Shown: positions 26,094-38,479, counted from the first letter of the whole stretch. The stretch is 63,756 nucleotides of DNA, filler included, from Reclinomonas americana ATCC 50394 (GCA_048213135.1; 4 parts of 3 records of this genome joined end to end with filler, not necessarily neighbours in it), one strand, 5' to 3'. Notes: generated by a model from the sequence alone, not told the origin. A program made the numbers and translations.

Positions 26094-26238
26094 NNNNNNN
26101 NNNNNNNNNNNNNNNNNNNNNNNNNNNNNNNNNNNNNNNNNNNNNNNNNNNNNNNNNNNNNNNNNNNNNNNNNNNNNNNNNNNNNNNNNNNNNNNNNNNN
26201 NNNNNNNNNNNNNNNNNNNNNNNNNNNNNNNNNNNNNN

Positions 26239-26468
26239 GGTCTAACTTGGTGGTGCTGCGTGGCGGGCAGGAGAGCATCGAGACGTGGGCGCGCACGCCG
26301 GCACACATGGATGTGGTCACACAGTGGGCGCCGCAGTTCTATCACTCGGTGCGCCTGCATCGGCTGTGTGGCGACGCCGCAGATGCCAGTGCGTTGCATG
26401 TGCGTCGCACGTTGCAGCTCGAGTATCGGGCCGGCGAGATTGCGCACCGACAGGTGCATCTGTGGTGA
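26239..26468 (+). CDS. C-terminal part of the same intronless hypothetical protein
   Basis: (W)SNLVVLRGGQESIETWARTPAHMDVVTQWAPQFYHSVRLHRL...VHLW*. Confidence 0.8.
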
Positions 26469-26545
26469 GACGCGCCACCACCACCACCACCGCCACACAA
26501 CAAAGTGTACATGTAATAATCTTGCGTGCACCACACAAATGCCCT

Positions 26546-28911
26546 TCAATCGTCGTCCTCGTCGTCCACAAACTGTGCGGCTGCGTCGCGCGCGGCGGCG
26601 GCTTGCATGTCAGCTGCGGCTTGCATGTCGGCCGCCGTGGGGCCGGCCATGACAATCGAGGTGCGCATCATGTCGGGGCGCGAGCCGCTGCCAATGGGAA
26701 CGCCGACCTCGGCGTCCGGCACCGCGTGCAGCTGGTACTCGAGGCGGCCGGGGTTGAGTCTGGCCAGGGCGTGGTTCATGTGCATGCATTCGAAGAGCAC
26801 CTCGATCCACTCCTCCAGTTCCTCCTCGGTGGGGTGGTAGAGGTAGTAGGTGCGGGTGGGGGTGGTGAACTGTAAAGAGGGGAAGGGGGAGGGATGAGAA
26901 GGGGAAGGGGGAGGGAAAAGGGGGAGGGGGGAGGGGAGAAGGGATGAGAAGGGCAAGGAGAAGGGGGAAGGGGAAGGGATGAGAGCGCAGGAATGGAGCG
27001 CAGTGCGAGAGAGGAATGGAGCGCAGAGCGAGAGAGCAAGGGAGCGCAGAGCGAGAGAGGAATGGAGCGCAGAGCGCGAGAGGAATGGAGCGTAGAGCGC
27101 GAGAGGAATGGAGCGTAGAGCGCGAGAGGAATGGAGCGTAGAGCGCGAGAGGAATGGAGCGTAGAGCGCGAGAGGAATGGAGCGTAGAGCGCGAGAGGAA
27201 TGGAGCGTAGAGTGCGAGAGGAATGGAGCGTAGAGCGCGAGAGGAATGGAGCGCAGAGCGAGAGAGGAATGGAGCGCAGAGCGAGAGAGAGGAATGGAGC
27301 ACAGAGCGAGAGAGGAATGCAGCGCAGAGCGAGAGAGGAATGGAGCGCAGAGCGCGAGAGAGGAATGGAGCGCAGAGCGCGAGAGAGGAATGGAGCGCAG
27401 AGCGAGAGAGGAATGGAGCGCAGAGCGAGAGAGGAATGGAGCGCAGAGCGAGAGAGGAATGGAGCGCAGAGCGAGAGAGGAATGGAGCGCAAGAGGAATG
27501 GAGCGCAGAGCGCGAGAAGAATGGAGCGCAGAGTGAGAGAGGAATGCAGCTTAGAGCGAGAGAGCAAGGGAGCGAAGAGCGTGAGAGGAGTGCAGCGTTG
27601 AGCGAGAGAGGAACGGAGAGCAGAGCAACGAAAGGATAAACCCATTTCCTTGCCCATTCCAACCACTCACCTGCACACCCAGTGGACTGAGAATCTTCTC
27701 CTCCGTCTCGAACAGATCCACATTCATCACATCACGCATCGGCACGTCGCCCTTGAAGGTCTTGTCCATCGGGTTTTTTCTGTACGTCAGGTGGTTGTCC
27801 TTGAGGATAAAGTAGCGCTTCTTCCAGTTCTTGACGACGCCGCCCTTCTTCCACAAGTAGCCTGTTAGATTGGGCATGTGTGGTAGCTGAAAGGGAAGAC
27901 AAGAGTGAGACAGAGGAGGGAAAGAGTGTCAGGCACACCAGTCAATCGTACCTTGGTGAAGCGGATTGGAATGTCGAGATACGCCACACGCATCTCGCGC
28001 AGCATTTGCACCCAGCTCTCCGTCTCCTCCACGCTCTCGTGATAGAAATGCATGGAGCGTGTTGGCGTGATTACTTCAATCACTTGTGCGTCGTCCGCAA
28101 TGCCGCCATTTGGCTGCGGTAGGGGGAAAGATGAGAGGTGAGCTCAATGGGGAAGAGATGGACAGCGGCGACAAAGCGAGAGAGCGACAAGCAAAGAGCG
28201 ACAAGCAAAGAGCGACAAAGCGAGAGAGCGACCAGCGAGAGAGCGACCAGCGAGAGAGCGACCAGCGAGAGAGCGACCAGCGAGAGAGCGACAAGCGAAA
28301 GCGACAGCGAAAGCGACAGCGAGAGCAACAACAGCTCTGCTGTCTCCAATCCTCGATTACAAGCACTCCGCCACTCCCTCGCCTACCCTCCCGCCTCTTC
28401 CTTCTCCTTCTCTCTCCTTCCTTCTCCTTCATAGCCTCCCCTCCCTCCCTCTCCCTTTCTTCACGCAACATGGAACGAGTTGCCCGACACGACCCGAATT
28501 CCGTCCTCCACCACCTCCTTGAGAAACACCGTACCAAGGGGTTCTCTCGACTGCAAAAGGCAGTCAGCAGCAGCGGCAAAGCATCACAATACACTTCTCT
28601 TCCCCCCTTCGACTCACCATGGTCTGGAAGTAGAACTTGATCTGACCCTCCTTGGCCACCAGCTGAATAATGCGCCACTTTGGTACCATCTCTCCCAGCT
28701 TCCTCAGTGTGCCACTCTTGAATGGTCTTGACAGGAGGCTGGCCGGTGAGATGCCGCCGACGTAGGACACGGCGCGAGCGAGCGATGAGGAGGGTGAGCT
28801 GGCATCGACGGCAAAGTAGTTGTCGTAGATCTAAGGCAAGGGTGGATGAGAGACATATAATGAGAGAGAGAGGGGTGGAGTGCGCGCGGGCACCTTGAAA
28901 TCAGCAGCTGG
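26546..28911 (-). CDS. Tandem PH-domain protein (5'-truncated at a gap)
   Basis: PH1 reads KSGTLRKLGEMVPKWR...IEVITPTRSMHFYHESVEETESWVQML. PH2 reads GYLWKKGGVVKNWKKRYFILKDNHLTY...FTTPTRTYYLYHPTEEELEEWIEVL. The GT-AG introns keep the frame. Confidence 0.9.
26985..27600. repeat. Intronic minisatellite of about 23 bp (GAGAGGAATGGAGCGCAGAGCGC)n
   Basis: Tandem array inside the last intron of the PH gene. Confidence 0.92.
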
Positions 28912-28955
28912 NNNNNNNNNNNNNNNNNNNNNNNNNNNNNNNNNNNNNNNNNNNN

Positions 28956-28967
28956 TTAATTAATTAA
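28956..28967. other. Artificial scaffold spacer TTAATTAATTAA within Ns (also 40592-40603 and 61882-61893)
   Basis: An identical 12-mer with stops in all six frames, each time centred in N runs. Confidence 0.95.
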
Positions 28968-29011
28968 NNNNNNNNNNNNNNNNNNNNNNNNNNNNNNNNN
29001 NNNNNNNNNNN

Positions 29012-30658
29012 TGCATTCAATCGATGTTGAGCCTTCACTCTGTTCGTCGATTGCTCACTTTGTTTGTAGAGAGCGGTCAACCCGAGTCACTGGATCGGCG
29101 ATTCGTCACACAGCAGCTGCATGTGTCGGAGACGCAGCGTTCGGGCTCTGTGTTGCGTGCTCACTCTGGTGTGTTTAAGTTGGCGAGCTTCCCAGTCTTA
29201 CATCGCGTGTATCAGGCCGCTGCTGTATGGTATTGTCAACATGCTGAAGGAGGCGCGTGGTGGTGGCCAGCGAGGTGGCGCCAGTGGGGCGAGGAGAGCG
29301 CCGGGGTCGATTGGCGGGCATGGTGAGAGGAGGGGCGAGGGGGAGGGAGGATGGGCGAGGAGAGCAAGAGAGAGAAAAACACACACACACATACATGCAG
29401 CGCGGGAGGGAGCGAGGGGATGGGGAGAGAAAGATGAAGAGAGAGAAAGGAAGCTCGAGAGGAACGAGCTGTGGAATATCTGAAGACCGCAGTGATCGGA
29501 GATAGAGTGCGAGAGATGAAGACTACTTTGCATGAGCAGCACTTGCCATGCCTCTCTCTAACCGTTCTTCTCTCATGCACACCTGTACGCCCGAAACAGA
29601 ATACTTGCTCGCAGTCAAGGCTGTCGTTCTCTCCCTTTTTCGACCTCTCTCCATCTCCAGGTCACACGCACGCGGCGCGGGAGGGAACGAGGGGAGGGCG
29701 ATGTTGGGCGACGAGAGAAAGATGAAGAGAGAGAGAGAGAAAGGAAGCTCGAGAGGGAACAAACTGTGGAATATCTGAGGTGTACTTGCAGTGATCAGAG
29801 ATAGATGATGAGAGAAAGACTGCTTNNNNNNNNNNNNNNNNNNNNNNNNNNNNNNNNNNNNNNNNNNNNNNNNNNNNNNNNNNNNNNNNNNNNNNNNNNN
29901 NNNNNNNNNNNNNNNNNNNNNNNNNNNNNNNNNNNNNNNNNNNNNNNNNNNNNNNNNNNNNNNNNNNNNNNNNNNNNNNNNNNNNNNNNNNNNNNNNNNN
30001 NNNNNNNNNNNNNNNNNNNNNNNNNNNNNNNNNNNNNNNNNNNNNNNNNNNNNNNNNNNNNNNNNNNNNNNNNNNNNNNNNNNNNNNNNNNNNNTGCATG
30101 AGCAGCACTTGCCATGCCTCTCTGTAATCGTTCCTCCCTCACACGCATACCTGTACGCCCGAAACAGAACGCTTGCTCGCAGTCAAGGCTGTCGTTCTCC
30201 CTTTTCGATCTCTCTCGGCGTCCTGCTCACTAACGAGAGCGCAATGTTCTGAAACATGGTGCACGTTCTCTCTCTCTCACACACACACACACTCTGTTCT
30301 CTTCGTCCCTCAATCCATCTTGTTCTCTCTCCTTCTCACCAACGAGAATACATTCTACGAAAAGAACACAAGGAGTGATCACTCTGTCTCCCTCATTCTC
30401 CTATCTCTCTCTCTCTCTCTCTCGCTCTCTCTCTCGCTCTCTCTCTGCCTTTTCTCACATAGTCCCTCTGAACCCACAGACGATGGCAGCGAGTCACGAG
30501 GCGCGAGCTACTCCACCGGCCCCAGCGCCGTCTCCTCCGTGACACCTCCGGCTGGTGCTGCGGCCGGAGGAGACGGTGGCGGCTCCAAGTTCCACGTGAT
30601 TCGCGGAGCGCAAGTGTCGCACGGTTTGTACTTCTCGACTCGGCAGCAACGTGCTTGA
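29012..30658 (+). CDS. 3' fragment of a hypothetical spliced gene
   Basis: The exon WRASQSYIACIRPLLYGIVNMLKEARG...H G| splices in frame to the exon at about 30480 (DDGSESRG...HGLYFSTRQQRA*). No recognisable domain. Confidence 0.4.
29370..30210. repeat. Tandem duplications of about 300 bp inside a probable intron
   Basis: GAAAGGAAGCTCGAG...CTGTGGAATATCTGA occurs at about 29445 and 29740. TGCATGAGCAGCACTTGCCATGCCTCTC...CCTGTACGCCCGAAACAGAA occurs at about 29529 and 30095. Confidence 0.8.
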
Positions 30659-30927
30659 ATCTCACTCCGCGCGACAGAGGGCTCACTGGTGTCGGGATCG
30701 ACTGCCAACACCGATCACCCGTACATGGGCCTGCACGCTCGACCACTGGAGTTTCAAAAATGAAACAAAGGGCTCGAGCTCACTACTGTCACAGCTGCAA
30801 CAATTCATTCACCGACAAGCATGATGACCAAGTCCATTCTCAGCATCACTAGATTATGGGGACCTCTGGAGCATTTTAACATTTATTTAAAATGTCCTTA
30901 TAGTGTACATGCTAGCATGCGCACGGA

Positions 30928-31075
30928 TTGCTTGGCTTCGCCTCCTGAACGGGAAGATGACTGTTTAGAGAAGATTATAGTTTGTGCCATGGTCATTGTC
31001 GGCAAGGGATATGTGGACATTTGTCGCATTGCAATGTGGTGAATGGAGTGTTTTGTTGTGGCAACAACTGGTCTT
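30928..31075 (+). repeat. Dispersed intergenic element, copy 3
   Basis: TTGGCTTCGCCTCCTGAACGGGAAGATGACTGTT...ATGGTCATTGTCGGCAAGGGATATGTGGACATTTGTCGCATT...AATGTGGTGA...GTGTTTTGTTGT matches the reverse complement of 4035-4194. Confidence 0.85.
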
Positions 31076-31122
31076 ACATTTTGGCGCCAAAAAAACAGAG
31101 TTTCAACCGTTTTCTCGTGACC

Positions 31123-32053
31123 ATGCGCGCCACTCGTCGCTCTCGTTGTCGGCGCGCTGACGTGCGCGCGCACTTTGCTGTCGCACTCGTCGTCCTCTTC
31201 TCACTCGCTCTCACTGCCAGCTGCGTTCCTCTTGATCTCGCGCGCGCGCGAGTGTGTTTGCTGAACATGTCTCGCTCAATCCTATATCCCACCCTGTTAC
31301 AGCCGCCCAGACAGTGACCACCGCCGTCGCCAACAACATCACTGGCACGTCCGTCACGCTGAATGCGTGGGTCAACCCCAACAACGTCGCCGGCGGCACC
31401 ACCAACTCCTTCGAGTGGTCGACTTATGCTGCCGCCTTGGGTGTCTCCTCGGCCACAGTCTCCACCTTTGTGGGCACAGCAGGCACCTCGGGAACGACGG
31501 ACGGCGTTGGAGCAAGTGCATTGTTGTATCGTCCAGTGGTGTGTGCGCATGCATCGAAGAGTTGTTTTGCTGAGTGTGCACAAACGTGCTGACGCTGCGA
31601 GTGTTCTCTCTCACCAGGGACTGGCCTTTGATGCCTCGGGCAACCTGTACGTGGGCGATTACGGGTTTGTCATGCACTTGTCTGTCCTCGTTGCGGTTCG
31701 TCGCTGCTCACTCTCTGCACGTGATGATGATGATGATGATGATGACAGCAACTGTCGCATTCGACGCGTCACACCTGCAGCAACAGTGACCACGTTTGCG
31801 GGAAGCACCTGTGGCTTTGCGAACGGCACAGGGGTGGCAGCGCAGTTCACCAAGTGCGTTCTTGCTCTCTCTCTCTCTCTCTCTCNNNNNNNNNNNNNNN
31901 NNNNNNNNNNNNNNNNNNCGTACGTACGTACGTACGTACGTACGTACGTACGTACGTACGTACGTACGTACGTACGTACGTACGTACGTACGTACGTCGT
32001 ACGTACGTACGTCGTCGTACGTCGTACGTACGTCGTACGTCGTCGTCGTCGTC

Positions 32054-32142
<89 letters not shown>

Positions 32143-34769
32143 GCACTCTCCATCCCTTCCTTTCTTCACACTTACAGCCATTCCGCTCTCGTCGTCGACC
32201 AAACCACGGGAACGATGTATGTCGCCGATGTGAGTGTGTGGTCTGCCATGCAAGATCACAGCTTGACGCATTTTGCTCACTCTGACACGCGTGTCTGTGT
32301 GCATCTCTCACAGTTGGGGAATAATGCCATTCGTGCTGTCACCCCAGCGGCCGTGGTCACCACGCTGGCGGGCAGTGGAGCGGCTGGAAGTGCCAATGGC
32401 ACGGGTGCAGCAGCCTCCTTCTATTGGCCTGGGGGAGTGGCGGTGGATTCCGCGAACCAGGTGGTGTATGTGGGCGACTGGAACAATTACCTCATTCGGC
32501 GAGTGACCTATGCCGGTGCGGTGACGACTTTCTGTGGCTCCGCTGGCATGAGTGGCACTGCCGATGGTGCGTGTGCGGGAGCGGCGCGATTTGGTGGTCC
32601 ATACGGCGTGCTGCTCGTCGGAACCACGCTCTATGTTGGTGAGCGCTGTGTGGAGCGAGAGTGTTGTCTTCCTCCTTTCTCATCTGCGTCTTCTGCTTGT
32701 GTTTGCGAGCGCAGTCGATCGCAATAACAACTCCATACGAGCCATTGACACGGTGGCAATGACGGTGACGACGGTGGCTGGTTCGACGAGTGGCACATCT
32801 GGATCCACGGATGCCACTGGTGAGTCCACCGTGCACCCCAGTGTGATCCTTTTCATTCGTGCTGAATGATGTCATCAGGAACGGCTGCCCGCTTCAACAC
32901 GCCGATCGGACTGGCATACGATGCTGGGAACAACATCATCTATGTTGGCGACGTTGAGTACTCCACACTGGGATGTCTTTCGCTTCTTGATGTTGACTGC
33001 CTGAGCTCCGCAGGCTGGCAACAGAACGGTACGAAGCATCCGCGTATCCGACTCGTCTGTATCGACGATTGCTGGCGCGGCAGGCATGAGTGGCTCAGCC
33101 AACGGCAGCGCACTGACTGTGGCGCGCTTCAACTCGGCTCAATTTCTTGCATTCGACGCATCAACGGCATCTGTGTTGGCTGCCGATTTCAGCAATCACA
33201 CCATCCGTCGCCTCTCGCTTGCATCGCAATCTGCGTCGGCCACGCCTGCGACCGCCACTGGCTCCTTCGCGACCTCCATCACCGCTTCGCTGACTGGATT
33301 GGCGAGCAACTGGACGTACTACTATCGCGCGGTCGGCATCACCTCCACACCCAGCACCATCAATGGCACCACCGTGTCATTCACCACCTCCGCCAATGTG
33401 GCTCCGACCGACATTAGCTGCTCGTCGACGACGTATGTGTCGCCTTCGGTGGCGAATCAAGTCGTGTGTGCGCTGCAGACGACGGACGCAAATGCGGGTC
33501 AGTCGTTCACGTACTCGATTGTCGGCGGCGCCAATAGCGGGGTGTTTTCGATCAGCGGGCAGTCGCTGGTGATTGTGGCCGCAGGGCAGGCTGGAAGCTC
33601 GCTGGCGGTGACGATCCGGTCGACGGACAATGGATCGCCGCCGCTATTCTTCGACAAGGCATTCACCATCACCACAGGTGAGACGAATGGGGTGCTGCGC
33701 TGTCGCTATGTATGCAAATTTCTTCTTCTTCCTCTTCTTTCTCTTCTTTCTTTCTTGTACTTGTTCTTCTAGTTCTTGTTCTTCTTCTTCCTCCTCCTCC
33801 ATCGTCTTTCTCACCTCTTCCTCTTCTTCTTCTTCCAGTTCCTTCTCCTCCTCCCCTCCCCCCTCCCCTTCTTCTTCTTCTTCTCCTCCCTCTCCTTCTT
33901 TTTCTTCTTTTCTTTTTCTTCTTCTTCTTCTTCTCCTCCTCCTCCTCCTCCTCCTCCCCTTTTCTTCTTCTCCTCTGATGCTTTCCCTTCCTTGTGGCGC
34001 AGCCACCCAGTCACTGGCCACGCTGGTGGCCAGCAGTGTGACAACGTTGTCGGCGACATTGAATGCCGTGGTTGGCAACTCTGTGGCGGCCTCGACAATG
34101 AGCAACTCGTTTGAGTGGGCACCGACATCGGCTGCTCTTGGATTGACACCAGCGGTGTCGACGTGGTTGGGTACGGCGGGCATGCAGGGCTCGACAGAGG
34201 GCACTGGCACAGCTGCTCGTCTCAACGATGCGACGGTTAGTATGTCGCGCCGTGAGTGCACACATTGTCAAAGTACCATGTTTCACAATGTGCATTTCAC
34301 TTGTGTAGTGCATTGATTTTGATGCGACCGGCACTGCATACATATGTGACTCGAGTAATCAGACAATTCGGCGTGCGACAAGTGCTGGTGTGACGTCCAC
34401 ATTTCTGGGAACCGCGGGAGGGGGAGGCTTTCAAGACGGAGTCGGCACTGCGGCACGATTTTTCGTGCCCACTGACTTGTCGATTGACCTCGCCACCGGG
34501 TATTTGTACATTACTGATGTTGCGTTGGCTGCACAACGGATGAAAGAGGGTATTGTGTCGCTCATTCCTATACGCTTTCCAGCAAGGAAATCACGCGATT
34601 CGTGTAAGTACTCCTTCCGGCTCGGTGTCGACACTGGCTGGCAACGGATCGTCCGGCACTGCGAATGGAACCGGATCGAATGCGAGATTTAATGCTCCAC
34701 ACGGCATTGTCGTCGACCCGGTGAACAAGGTGATGTATGTTGGTGAACCTGGTAACTCTGTTGTCCGGA

Positions 34770-34828
<59 letters not shown>

Positions 34829-37800
34829 GNNNNNNNNNNNNNNNNNNNNNNNNNNNNNNNNNNNNNNNNNNNNNNNNNNNNNNNNNNNNNNNNNNNNNNN
34901 NNNNNNNNNNNNNNNNNNNNNNNNNNNNNNNNNNNNNNNNNNNNNNNNNNNNNNNNNNNNNNNNNNNNNNNNNNNNNNNNNNNNNNNNNNNNNNNNNNNN
35001 NNNNNNNNNNNNNNNNNNNNNNNNNNNNNNNNNNNNNNNNNNNNNNNNNNNNNNNNNNNNNNNNNNNNNNNNNNNNNNNNNNNNNNNNNNNNNNNNNNNN
35101 NNNNNNNNNNNNNNNNNNNNNNNNNNNNNNNNNNNNNNNNNNNNNNNNNNNNNNNNNNNNNNNNNNNNNNNNNNNNNNNNNNNNNNNNNNNNNNNNNNNN
35201 NNNNNNNNNNNNNNNNNNNNNNNNNNCAATCGCCAATCGGCTGTATGTCGGTGCGTGTATGCGTGCGTGCGCGCATGCGATCGGTTTTCTGGGAATCCCT
35301 GCGGCCAAGGACGGGTTCTCATATGTTGGGAGATAATTGTAGCGGCTCGAGGTGGACATTCTGTTCGTGTGATCGACATGCTGGCAATGACGGTGTCGAC
35401 TCTGGCTGGCTCCCTAACCGCGGTAGCAGGATCGACGGATGCCACTGGCACTGCTGCTCGATTCAACCAACCTGTTGGTATCTTGCTAGATCGAGGGCGA
35501 GGCGTCCTCTACGTCTCTGAAGTTGCGCATTCCACTGAATTCGCCGCTTTCTGCGTTCCACTCATCACTCGCGACACACTTAGGCGGTCAACCACACGAT
35601 TCGCCAAATCGTCATCAGCACTGGTGCTGTCACAACCATCGCGGGTGCTGCTGGGTCTACGGGATCGGCTGACGGGAGCCCGCTCACTGTTTCTCGGTTC
35701 AATCAGCCGGTTCGCGCTATTGTTTCTGTTCAAAGGAAGCGCTGCTTGAGCTTAATTGCATTGTATTGGACGCAGCATTACATGGCCTACAATGCCGCGA
35801 CATCTTCCCTATTCATCGCAGGTACGAGATGGGTTGCAGAATGTGTGAGCGACGTGGTGCTAAACTCTTGTGCTCACAGAATACGGCAACTCCACGATCC
35901 GCCGACTCACGATCGGCTCCACCACCGTCTCGACCACTCCGGCCACCTCCGGCGTCGCCTCCAGCACCACCCTCACCGCCTCATTGACATCTCTCGCCGC
36001 CAGCTGGACGTACTACTTTCGTGCCATTTCCACGTCCACCGTGCCCAGCACGCTCACCGGCTCCACCATGTCATTCACCACCTCCAACTCGACGCCGACC
36101 GACATTGCTTGCTCTACCACCACTTATGTCGCCCCGTCGACGGCCAACATGTCCGTGTGTACGATGAGCACCAGCGACGATAACGTGGGACAGTCGTTTA
36201 CATACGCGGTCACCGGCGGAGCGAACGCAAGCACGTTTTCAACCAGTGGCGCTCAGTTGCAGATCACGTCGGCGGGCCAGTCGGGCAGTCCATTGGGTGT
36301 CACGATTCGCTCGTTTGACAATGGCACACCTCCGATGTTCTTCGACAAGTCATTCAGTGTGACGTCGGGTGAGTGGATGGTTGATTGAGAGTGGTGTTTG
36401 TTTCTCGGTGTGGATGCTTACCTTGCCGTCCCGCAGTGAATAATGCGCCGACGGCAGTGACACTGAGTGCGAGCTCTTACATTTCACCCAGTACGGTGGG
36501 ACAGGCGATCGGCACGATGAGCACGAGTGATGTGGATTCGCAGCAGTCGTTCACGTACTCGGTGGTGGGTGGTGCGAGCAGTGCACTGGTGACGATTGCG
36601 TCTGGCAACCAGCTGCAGTTTGCGAATACGGGCGTGACGACGTCGCTGGTGGTGATTGTGCGGACGACCGACAATGGCAATCCTGCCATGTCATTCGATC
36701 AGACCCTCAACATTGCTGGTTTGGTGTTATTGTGCACTACGATGCTGATTTGCTTTTGTCTCAATCATGCATGCAGCTCCTAATGTGACGTCGCTGTCGG
36801 CCACGTTTGTGTCGGCACTGGCTGGCCAGTTGATAACGTTGACGGGAACCGCGCTGGTGAATAACTCGGCCGACGCCTCGGCATATGTGGTGGCCACGCC
36901 CCTCTGCGGTGCCGCGACACCACCGACGGCCGTGGCCACCACCACCGTCAGCAGTGCTTTCGGAAGTGCGACCAGCATCACGCTGACGATTGGAGCGGCG
37001 GGTGCAGCTGTTGGCACGTACGAGCTGTGCACACGATGGGCGCCAAGCAAGACGTATCTGGCGGTGTCAGCATTTGCCATAGGTGAGGAATTGGGGGGAG
37101 AGCGCAGGGAACATTGTGCTGTTGTTTTCTTGTTTGTTTGTGTGTGGAGATGTATAGCTGTGCTTCATTTTCTTTCATGTTGTTCTTCTCTCTCTCTCTT
37201 CCTCTCCCTCTCTGTATATGTATGTCTGTGTGTATGCAAGCATGTGTTTTTATGCGAGTGTCAACTGACCATGGTGTGCAGGGAGCGTTGGCCCGAGCGA
37301 CATTCTACTGTCGGGTGCGCAGACATACTCGAGTGCGACGGTGCCATTCACCGTTGGGACACTGAGCATGGTGGATCTCAACACGGGACAGACGCCGACA
37401 TTCAGCATTGTCGGCGGTGTGCATGCGGCTCTGTTCAGTCTCGTGGGCGGTAATCAGCTGACGATATCGGTGGCGCCACCGCTGAGTCGTCGACTGCAAG
37501 TGTTTGTGCAAGTGAGCGATGGCACGCTGACGTACACCAAGCAGTTCACGATTGTCTATGGTGAGCAACGGGGAAGGGAGGGTAACCGGAAAGAAAGGGG
37601 AAGGAGAATGGAGGCAGCCGATCTGTATGAATGTCATCGCACTCTCCCTCTGCGACACAGCGCATGCAGAGAATGTGAATGGTGCTGACAATGGTTTGGT
37701 GCTTGTGCAGCTTGGGGCACTGGTTGTTCGACCTTGCAGAATGGAGTCGTGGCTCGTTGCGTTGTTATGTATCGCAGATGTGCCCACATATCGCCACCTC

Positions 37801-38479
37801 ACTCGCCATCGCATCGCGCTCGAACAGCGGCGTTGGAGGTGTGCCTGTTCGAGGCCGTGGATCGACCTGGTGGCACTATCCTCGCTGTAATGCCTGCCGT
37901 TGCAAGCGAAGTTGGATGCTGCGAGGCGTGCGACCGTTCCGCGCAGTGCCGATCGTGGACATTCCTGGATGCTGCTGCGGCGTCGAACTCGTCTGGCGCG
38001 AGTGTGTGTACGCTGAAGGTACGTAATCGGAGATCGAAGAAGGGGTTTGTGGGGAATTGAGCTCACTTCTTGTTTCTTTCAGAGCACCGTGCCTGCAACA
38101 GCAGCCAATGCAGAGACCAACAACGTGTGTGGCTCGCATTTCTGCTTGGTGTCGGGACGCAAGACGAGTGTGGCGGCGTACGACAGCAGCGGCTTCCAGA
38201 CAAGCACGGGTGAGTGAGAATGCTCTTTGTAGAGATGACAAAGACTGATCGTGGCTATGTGTGTGTGCAGACCGACCTGGTGGCGACCTCACGTGGGCCA
38301 TCAAGACGACGACCGGCCCACAAGCATGCTCACTGTGGTGCTCGCAGTTGACTGCCTGCGGCTCATGGACATTTACTGCGTCGACCAAGCAGTGTGTGCC
38401 AAAGAGCGGCGTGGTGGCCACGTCGACTGCGACCGCGTGTGCGACGAGCGGGGACTGCACGTCGGGGTTGAAGATTTGA
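31123..38479 (+). CDS. Large secreted protein: two (FN3-like domain + NHL beta-propeller + cadherin-like repeat) units, further cadherin/Ig-like repeats and two PAN/apple domains
   Basis: Signal peptide. NHL repeats (e.g. TTLAGSGAAGSANGTGAAASFYWPGGVAVD...VYVGDWNNYLIRRV). FN3 halves (SVTLNAWVNP...FEW and LTGLASNWTYYYRAV...SFTT). Cadherin-like APTDI...TTDANAGQSFTYSIVGG...TDNGSPP. PAN-like DRPGG...CC..C....C.SWTF. Stop at 38477-38479. Exon structure at 37660-37830 is uncertain. Confidence 0.88.

Noticed and set aside
26985-27600. CRISPR-like regular repeat arrays and long repetitive ORFs (also 16485-16932)
   Set aside because: These are head-to-tail minisatellites without unique spacers or cas genes. 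The ORFs arise from stop-poor repeats and N runs.
28956-28967. Palindromic TTAATTAATTAA motif occurring three times
   Set aside because: It is an artificial spacer embedded in N runs, not biological sequence.
29070-29130. FYVE-like WxxD...C motif (HWIGDSSHSSCM)
   Set aside because: No RRHHCR motif or further zinc ligands can be joined downstream.
31078-31092. Palindrome TTTTGGCGCCAAAA (E2F-like site) just before the NHL gene, and TTTGGCGG at about 63673
   Set aside because: Short motifs with no supporting context; they could be chance.
31919-32055. (TACG)n arrays next to (CT)n microsatellites, also at 1-85 and 58284-58310
   Set aside because: They always lie at contig edges or beside long microsatellites and match the TACG flow order of pyrosequencing, so they are probably sequencing artefacts.
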